Shown here piece by piece: positions 53,387 through 59,967 of a DNA stretch of 64,000 bases (position 1 is its first letter; the number at the start of each line of letters is the position of its first letter). Source of the stretch: an uncultured Actinomycetes bacterium (GTDB lineage: Bacteria > Actinomycetota > UBA4738 > HRBIN12). The stretch is from contig CAWAAO010000014.1 of assembly GCA_963780015.1 (NCBI GenBank), positions 269,336 to 333,335 of the forward strand, read 5' to 3'. Made by a program: the position numbers and the translations under genes. The notes under the pieces were generated by a model. It was not told where the DNA came from. It did not search any database and was given only the letters and a program-made list of their open reading frames with translations.

Positions 53387-53536
53387 TCAGACCTTCTTGA
53401 CTGAGGTCTTGCGCGCTACCTTGCGGGCCACGACGCGGTTGGAGGTGCGCCGTGCGCTGGTCTTGGTCGCCTTGCGGGCGCCCGCGGCCGGCTCGTCGCT
53501 GGTCGGGAGCTTCGGCTGGATCTTCTTCTCGGCCAT
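53387..53536 (-). CDS. small basic protein B (49 aa), paralog of A, not in ORF track
   Basis: ATG is preceded by GAAGGAGAAG. Translation: MAEKKIQPKLPTSDEPAAGARKATKTSARRTSNRVVARKVARKTSVKKV. It shares MA-[DE]-KKI-x-PK ... DE-x-AAGARK ... KTS-x-RR with A. Confidence 0.55.
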   Translation of the reverse strand: MAEKKIQPKLPTSDEPAAGARKATKTSARRTSNRVVARKVARKTSVKKV

Positions 53537-53613
53537 CTGCTTCTCCTTCGTGCTCCGGGGCTCTCGCCGAGCCGCTCGATAGGCGCATCATGCCCGGTTC
53601 GCCCCGAGATGCC

Positions 53614-53675
53614 CGTAGCGCAGGTCACATCGGGGCGGTGCTTTCCGTCACGGCCGAAGTGTGACGTACGTCACT
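53614..53675 (-). promoter_or_regulatory. array of three CRP-like boxes upstream of small ORF B
   Basis: CGTAG-CGCAGG-TCACA (53614-29), GGTGC-TTTCCG-TCACG (53637-52) and TGTGA-CGTACG-TCACT (53660-75; core palindrome GTGACGTACGTCAC). Spacing is 23 bp. The proximal box ends 21 nt before CATGAT (53587-53592, minus strand). The distal box overlaps the stop codon of the zinc-ribbon ORF. Confidence 0.5.
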
Positions 53676-53883
53676 CGTCGAGTTCGGGGAGGTCGATCGG
53701 ATCGGGACGCGGCGTGCACGCGCCGCAGAACAGCGCGTCCTCGACGACGAGCGCGCGGGTCATGTCTCCGCCCCGGTACAGCTCCAGTACATAGGGCCGC
53801 TCTTGGGCGTGGTCCTCACAGACGCCGCGGCCGCAGAAGCGGCACGAGCCGACCGCCGTCCGGCGGCAATGCCAACACACCAT
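53671..53883 (-). CDS. small zinc-ribbon protein (70 aa)
   Basis: Translation: MVCWHCRRTAVGSCRFCGRGVCEDH...FCGACTP (CxxC, CxxC, C..H, CxxC). The ATG lies 11 nt after the protease stop and is preceded by GGAGGA, consistent with translational coupling. Confidence 0.6.
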   Translation of the reverse strand: MVCWHCRRTAVGSCRFCGRGVCEDHAQERPYVLELYRGGDMTRALVVEDALFCGACTPRPDPIDLPELDE

Positions 53884-53893
53884 CGCGTCCTCC

Positions 53894-56183
53894 TCAGTGC
53901 TCCATGTTTCGGTCGGGTGTTCGCTCCGTCGCGCCACGACGGAACGTTTGTGCGATCACGCTGGCGAATCCCTCTCGGTCCAGCGCGAACACCCGCGCCG
54001 GCGTGTGCGCCGTGACGCTGGCGTTGCGGGGGGCGTCGGTCAGCAGCGCGATCTCGCCGAAGTGCTGGCCGGGCCCGAGCGTCGCGATCACCTCGCCGTC
54101 GCGATCGACGTCGACCTGGCCGGTGCCGAGCACGTAGAAGGTGTCGCCCGCCTCGCCCTGCGTGATCAGCCGCTCGCCCGGGGCGACGTTGCGCCAGGAT
54201 CCGTGCTCGAGCACGAGGGCGAGGTCGGCAGTCGACAGGGTCCGCAGCGGCGGCAGGGCTCGCAGCTCTGCGTAGGCCTGCATGGTCGGCGCGAAATCGG
54301 GCGCGTCGATGTCGTCGGCGAGCAGCCGATCGAACGACGCCTTGTCGACACGGAACAGGGTCGCCTCGCCTTCCGCTCGGGCCGTCGCCGCCCGGACGCC
54401 GGAGCCGATCAGGCCGAATTCCCCGAAGGCGTCGCCGCGACCGAGCGTGGTGATGATGCGCGTGTCGCCTTCGTCCGGATCCTCGTCCTCGATGTGGATC
54501 GTGCCGGACCGCACCACGTAGAACGCATCGGCGACGTCGCCTCGGCGAAACGCCGCCTGGCCGTCGCGCACCGTCACCAGCTCGATACGTCCCGCGAGGT
54601 CGGACAGCGCATCTTCGTCGAGGTCGTCGAACGCGGGGAGCGCGTCGATCAACGCGGCCGCCTCGACCCGCCAGGACCGTTGCACGCGGAACCGGATCCG
54701 GTCCCGGATCGACTTCAGTCGTTTGTAGATGCTGCGTGCCAGCGTGAGGAGACCTCGGATCAACGGCCCGATGAACACGAGGGCGAGGAGCAGCAGCAGG
54801 ATGCGCGAGCCGAGCCCGCCGTTCCACAGGCTCGAGATCAGCCCTCCGAAGATCTCCTGCCAGAAGAAGTAGGCGGTGTAGAAGGAGAAGATCGTGAACG
54901 CGATGCCGACGATCCCGTAGAACCCGAGGCCGAACTCCTGCAGGCTGAACCGCTCCCACCGCAGGATCTTGTGCCACAGATCGCCCTGGATGAAGTTGAG
55001 CGAGCGGCGACGCAGATCCGGCATCTGGATCAGGTCGGAGAAGATCCAGTAGCCGTCCAGCTCGAGCAGCGGGATCAGGTTCATGAAGATGATGAAGTAG
55101 TTGATCAGCGCGAAGCGATAGAGGAACGCGGCGAGGCCGCTGCCCGGCGTCGCAACGATCACGAGCGAGGCGACGCCGGCCAGGATCATCTCCGAGAACG
55201 GCCCCGCGAACGACTGCACGATCCGCTCACGGCGATCCATCATCAGGCCGTCGGAGGCGTCGACGAAGAACGCCGGCGAGCCGAAGAAGATGAAGAACCC
55301 CGCGCCGAGGACACGGCGCTTGTAGTGGATCAACGCCATCGCGTGCCCGAGCTCGTGCGCGAAGGTCAGGAACAGCCCGAGGGCGAGGAAGATCAGCGTC
55401 TCGCCCGGCGCGGCGTCGATCGACAGCTGATAGCGCCCCGATTGCTGCACGCCGATGAACGCGACAAGGCCGACCAGCGCGACGAGGGACCCGAGCACCA
55501 CCAGCACCGGACGGAAGAAGAGCTTCAGCCCTCCGTGGTACGCGCCCTCCACGAAGCCCTCGGCGCCCGCCCAGGAGATCCGCAGGTTCTTCGCGAAGTC
55601 GCGCAGCTTCCGCCGGCCGGCCGAGGCTCGATCGAGGTGCGTCTGTACGAGCGCCTGCACGTCCGGTCGCGCCGGATCGAGGAACCCGCCCTCGCGCAGC
55701 GCCACGATCAAACCGAGCACCGCGGCCGGGTCCAGATCGCCGGCCGCCTGGAGGTGATCGACGATCAGCTCCTGGGTGGTCTTGGTCCCGTCCATCTGCT
55801 CCATGAGCGTCGCTTCCCACGGTTGGAGCTCGAAGTGCAGGGCGTGGTCGGGGCGGGCGACGATGGCGAAGTCGTTGCCCCAGCGCATCGAGAATCGCTT
55901 GATCTCGGTGCCGGCCGCGAGCGTCGGCGCGAACGTCTCGGGGTCGAGCATCGCCGTGAGCTCGTCCCACAGCCCGGGTGTGTCCGCCGCGATCGTGGGA
56001 ACGGCCGCCAGCGCCTCTGCCAGGGCCGGGACGGGTGCCCGTTGCGTCGTTCCGCGCCCGCACGGCGGCCGCGACGAGCCCGGGCACGTGCAGCGCCTTC
56101 CGGCGGGCCGCGCGCTCGCGGATCGCGTCGACGCCGACGATCAGACCCGCGATCACCAGCGCGGCGAGGATCAGGTATTGCAT
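53894..56183 (-). CDS. site-2 protease (peptidase M50) fused to two C-terminal cyclic-nucleotide-binding domains; probable N-terminal extension across a +1 disruption near 56045
   Basis: HELGH lies within a TM helix and NLIPLLELDG is the second S2P motif. The two CAP-type cassettes are FGEFGLIGSGVRAATARA and FGEIALLTDAPRNASVTA. The uninterrupted part is 53894-55951. Upstream, ATG 56183 (SD GAGGGGGA) encodes the TM helix MQYLILAALVIAGLIVGV. The protease frame is open back to about 56120 with no start codon of its own. Confidence 0.75.
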
Positions 56184-56269
56184 CGTCCCCCTCGGACTCC
56201 TCGGAACGCGAACGGCCGGAACGCATCCTGCCCCGAGGCCGATGGTTCCTGCAAGCCGACCATACCCAA

Positions 56270-56332
56270 GGTGCCGCGCGTCACATCCGGCCTGTCGTCA
56301 AGAGCACAGCGCGAACGGTGACGCGCGTCATC
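56270..56332 (+). promoter_or_regulatory. third array of three CRP-like boxes, oriented toward plus-strand small ORF at 56386
   Basis: GGTGC-CGCGCG-TCACA (56270-85), TGTCG-TCAAGA-GCACA (56293-308) and GGTGA-CGCGCG-TCATC (56317-32). Spacing is 23 and 24 bp. The proximal box ends 20 nt before TACGCT (56353-58). An AGGAGG SD then precedes ATG 56386. Confidence 0.45.
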
Positions 56333-56385
56333 GCCGGGCGGCCGTCGATTCCTACGCTGCAGGCATCGATACAGGAGGTGCGCAG

Positions 56386-56557
56386 ATGCTGAACGGAGAC
56401 GTCGCCAGGTACCGGGTCCACGACATGGTCCGCAGCGCCGAGGGTCACCGCGCGGGCCGTCCGATCAGCCGCCGCGCGCAGCGATCGCCGCGCGTCGACG
56501 ATCCGTCGCGTTGCCGCGGCGACGGTCGCGCTGCTGTCCGTCCCGTTCCGGCACTGA
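56386..56557 (+). CDS. small hypothetical protein (about 56 aa if one inserted base is removed; 63 aa to 56577 as sequenced)
   Basis: AGGAGG lies 7 nt upstream of the ATG. The N-terminus is MLNGDVARYRVHDMVRSAEG. GC3 favours a +1 shifted tail ...DRRASTIRRVAAATVALLSVPFRH* ending at TGA 56555-57. Confidence 0.35.
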
Positions 56558-56574
56558 GGCACCCGGGGCCGCGG

Positions 56575-56580
56575 TAGCCT
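56575..56580 (+). promoter_or_regulatory. -10-like hexamer placed for a leaderless transcript
   Basis: GGTAGCCT, 6 nt before the trmD GTG 56587. Confidence 0.35.
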
Positions 56581-56586
56581 CGGGAC

Positions 56587-57345
56587 GTGCGGATCGATGT
56601 CATCACGATCTTCCCGGGGCTGCTCGCGCCGTTCCTGACCGAGAGCCTGCTCGGCAAGGCGATCGCGGCGGGCTCGTCGACGTGCGGGTCCACGACCTGC
56701 GCGACTGGACGCAGGACCCGCATCGCAGCGTCGACGACGCCTCCTTCGGCGGCGGCCCCGGGATGGTGTTGAAGCCCGAGCCGCTGTTCGCTGCGGTCGA
56801 GTCGCTCGACCCCGACCGGGGTCGCGTGCTGGCCCTGTCGCCGGCGGGGCGACGGCTGGACCAGACGCCTCGTCGCCGAGCTGGCTTCCGAGCCGCACCT
56901 CACGCTCCTGTGCGGGCGCTACGAGGGGTTCGACGAGCGCGTGATCGACGGCCTGCCCGCAGAGGAGGTCTCGATCGGCGACTACGTGCTCGCCGGCGGT
57001 GAGCTCCCGGCGTTGGTGCTCATCGAGGCCGTGACCAGGCTGCTCCCGGGCGTGATCGGCAGCGACGAATCGCACGCGCGAGACTCGTTCAGCGAGCCGG
57101 GACTGCTCGACCACCCGCACTACACGCGCCCGCAGGAATTCCGCGGCATGCGGGTCCCGGACGTGCTCGACCTCGGGGATCACGCCGCGATCGAGGCGTG
57201 GCGCGTCGAGGCGCGCGCGCGCCAAGACCCGGCGCAATCGCCCCGATCTGTCGAGCTCCGCTCGGTCCCCGCTCGCGACGCGCGGCAGCGGACGGCAACG
57301 CGGGCGCCCGGAGCCCGCTGGTACAATCGCCAACCGTTGCCATGA
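56587..57345 (+). CDS. trmD: tRNA (guanine37-N1)-methyltransferase, about four frame disruptions (near 56672, 56870, 57213, 57250)
   Basis: [50 protein letters not shown] and RRNRPDL are colinear across alternating frames. The stop overlaps the rplS ATG (ATGA). Confidence 0.8.
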
Positions 57346-57905
57346 ACAAGACTGATCTGATCGAGCAGCCGTTCTTGCGCACGGACCTCCCCGAATTTCG
57401 CCCCGGCGACACCGTCAAGGTGCACGTCCGCGTGGTGGAGGGGAACCGTGAGCGCGTCCAGGTGTTCCAGGGCGTGGTGATCCGGCGCAGCGGCGGCGGC
57501 ATCCGGGAGACCTTCACGGTTCGGAAGATCTCCTTCGGGGTCGGCGTGGAGCGCACGTTCCCGCTGCACTCGCCCTCGATCGCCACGCTCGAGCTGGTGC
57601 AGCGCGGCCGCGTCCGGCGCGCGAAGCTCTACTACCTGCGCGATCTCCGCGGGAAGAAGGCGCGGATCAAGGAGCGCCGCATCGACGACGCAAAGCTGGC
57701 GGCGATGGAGGCCGCGGCCGCACAGCGCGCCGCCGAGGCCACGGCGGAGGCAGATGCCGAGGTGGCGGACGCCCTCGACAGCGAGCCGGTGGAGACCGTC
57801 GAGGCGACAGCGGCGGTGGACCTCGAGGCGGTCGAGCCTGCCGGCGACGACGAGTCGGCGGCAGAAGTGCCGACCGATGAGGCGGAAGAGCCCGCAGAGG
57901 GCTGA
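57342..57905 (+). CDS. rplS: 50S ribosomal protein L19 with about 70-aa acidic Ala/Glu-rich C-terminal extension
   Basis: Intact 187 aa. [29 protein letters not shown] core. TACAAT lies 14 nt upstream of the ATG. Confidence 0.9.
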   Translation: MNKTDLIEQPFLRTDLPEFRPGDTVKVHVRVVEGNRERVQVFQGVVIRRSGGGIRETFTVRKISFGVGVERTFPLHSPSIATLELVQRGRVRRAKLYYLRDLRGKKARIKERRIDDAKLAAMEAAAAQRAAEATAEADAEVADALDSEPVETVEATAAVDLEAVEPAGDDESAAEVPTDEAEEPAEG

Positions 57906-57908
57906 CCC

Positions 57909-58568
57909 GTGGCCGATCGGCCCGGCGACGACGAGACGACGTCACAGGCCCAGCACCCCACCGAGGAGCAACCCGCGCGCGTCTGGCGCGAGATCCCGAT
58001 CCTGCTGATCGTCGCCCTGGCGATCGCGATCGTGGTCAAGACCTTCCTCGTCCAAGCGTTCTACATCCCGTCGATCTCGATGTCCCCGACGCTGGAGAAG
58101 GGCGATCGCATCCTCGTGTGCCGGATCTGTGTGCGCGTCGGCGACATCCATCGCGGGGACGTGATCGTGTTCTCCGATCCACATCCCGCCCCCGGCGTCG
58201 ACCGCGGGCCGATCGGCGCGGCGCTGCACTGGTTGGGGGAGGGGATCGGGGTGGCGCAACCCGAGAACGAGGACTTCATCAAGCGGGTGATCGGGCTTCC
58301 CGGCGACGTCGTCGAGCTCCACGACGGGACACTGTTCGTCAACGGTGCGATCGTCGACGAGCCGTACCTGAATCCCGAGATCGATACCTCTTCCTACCCC
58401 CCGACGACGGTGCCCGATGGCATGCTGTTCGTGCTGGGGGACAATCGAGCCCACTCCGGTGACTCGCGTTTCGAGCCGCCGGTGGGTGTGGGGCTCGTGC
58501 CGGAGGATGCGGTGATCGGGAAGGCGTTCGTGATCGTGTTCCCGCCGTCGAGGTGGGGATGGCTGTAG
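57909..58568 (+). CDS. lepB: signal peptidase I
   Basis: Intact 219 aa. SISMSPTL (catalytic Ser), GDNRAHSGDSR. Confidence 0.85.
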   Translation: MADRPGDDETTSQAQHPTEEQPARVWREIPILLIVALAIAIVVKTFLVQAFYIPSISMSPTLEKGDRILVCRICVRVGDIHRGDVIVFSDPHPAPGVDRGPIGAALHWLGEGIGVAQPENEDFIKRVIGLPGDVVELHDGTLFVNGAIVDEPYLNPEIDTSSYPPTTVPDGMLFVLGDNRAHSGDSRFEPPVGVGLVPEDAVIGKAFVIVFPPSRWGWL

Positions 58569-59206
58569 CGACGGACCTCGAGCGCTACGAGGCCGCCCTG
58601 CGCGCCCAGGGCTTCGGGCGGATCGCGGGCGCCGACGAGGCGGGCCGTGGCGCGCTCGCAGGCCCGCTCGTCGCGGCGGCCGTGATCATCCCCGAGGGGT
58701 TCGAGACCGCCGGCATCCGCGACTCGAAGCAGCTGACCGCCAGACAGCGCGACCGGCAGTTCGAACGGATCGTCGCGGGCTGCGTGGTGGCCGTCGCGAA
58801 GGCGCCGCCCGCCGCCCTGGACAGCCGGGGTTTGCACCGATCGAACATCGCGCTGTTGCGACGGGCCGTTCGGGCGCTCGATCCCGAGCCCGACTACGCG
58901 CTGCTCGACGGATTCCCGGTCCCGCGGATGCCCTGTCCCGCGCTGGCCGTCAAGAAGGGCGACGCGGTCTCGGCATGCGTGGCGGCCGCGTCGATCGTGG
59001 CCAAGGTGACCCGCGACCGCATCATGATCCGGCTCGACCGCCGGTACCCGGCGTTCGGGTTCTCGCAGAACAAGGGCTACGGCACACGGGATCATTGGGT
59101 CGCCCTCGAGGCACATGGCCCCTCCGCCGTGCATCGCCTGAGCTTCGCCGGGGTCGGCCAACCCTCCCTGCCGGGCCTGGGGCGAGCGGACGTCGGTCCC
59201 GCGTGA
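58553..59206 (+). CDS. rnhB: ribonuclease HII
   Basis: Intact. GADEAGRGALAGPLV catalytic motif. ATG 58559 is an alternative start. Confidence 0.85.
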   Translation: MGMAVATDLERYEAALRAQGFGRIAGADEAGRGALAGPLVAAAVIIPEGFETAGIRDSKQLTARQRDRQFERIVAGCVVAVAKAPPAALDSRGLHRSNIALLRRAVRALDPEPDYALLDGFPVPRMPCPALAVKKGDAVSACVAAASIVAKVTRDRIMIRLDRRYPAFGFSQNKGYGTRDHWVALEAHGPSAVHRLSFAGVGQPSLPGLGRADVGPA

Positions 59207-59221
59207 GAGCATGATGCTCCG

Positions 59222-59536
59222 ATGGAAGACGACATCGAACGCTTCGAAGAGGAACGCGAGATGGAGCTGTACCGGGAGTACCGCGACGTGCTCCCGATGT
59301 TCAGCTTCGTGATCGAGACCGAGCGCCGCTTCTATCTCGCGAACAAGGTCGACATGGCGCCGCTGGACGACGGGTGGGTCCGGGTGCAGCTGACCGACGC
59401 GTGGGTCTGGGACATGTTCCGTCCGGCCCGGTTCGTCTCGAGCGTCCAGGTGATGACCCGTCGCGACGTCAACGTCGAAGAGCTTCGGCGCGACGACACG
59501 ACGATCCCCGACACGCCCGAGCTCTCGTCCAACTAG
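59222..59536 (+). CDS. DUF2469 family protein (actinobacterial, conserved after rnhB)
   Basis: Intact 104 aa. ELYREYRDVLPMFSFVIETERRFYLANKVD pattern. Confidence 0.8.
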   Translation: MEDDIERFEEEREMELYREYRDVLPMFSFVIETERRFYLANKVDMAPLDDGWVRVQLTDAWVWDMFRPARFVSSVQVMTRRDVNVEELRRDDTTIPDTPELSSN

Positions 59537-59580
59537 CTGGACGATCCACCGGGCCGGGCATCCCTCGGCGGCTCGATCCG

Positions 59581-59967
59581 ATGTCAGACCGCGGTCCTAG
59601 CCTCTGCGCGATGGATCAGCGTGCCGACGTCGGCCGTCGCGGCGAGTTGGCGACGGAGACGCGCTACGTGGCGCGGGGGTACCGCGTCGTCGCCCGGAAC
59701 TGGCGGTGCCGCCTCGGCGAGCTCGACCTCGTGCTCGCCCGCGGCCCCGCGCTCGTCTTCTGCGAGGTCAAGACGCGCCGAGGCTCGCGTTTCGGCGGCG
59801 GGTTCGAGGCGGTGGACGTCCGCAAGCGGCAGAAGGTGCGCGCGCTCGCCGAGGTCTTCCTGCTGCAGACCAAGGCGTCGCCGGCAGCGGTGCGGTTCGA
59901 CGTCGCCAGCGTCTGGCTCAAGCCCGACGGCTCAGCGTCGGTCGAGCTCTTCGAGGACGCCTTCTGA
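59581..59967 (+). CDS. yraN: YraN family endonuclease (UPF0102)
   Basis: GRRGELATETRYVARGYRVVARNWRCRLGELDLV and CEVKTR motifs. ATG 59611 is an alternative start. Confidence 0.75.
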   Translation: MSDRGPSLCAMDQRADVGRRGELATETRYVARGYRVVARNWRCRLGELDLVLARGPALVFCEVKTRRGSRFGGGFEAVDVRKRQKVRALAEVFLLQTKASPAAVRFDVASVWLKPDGSASVELFEDAF

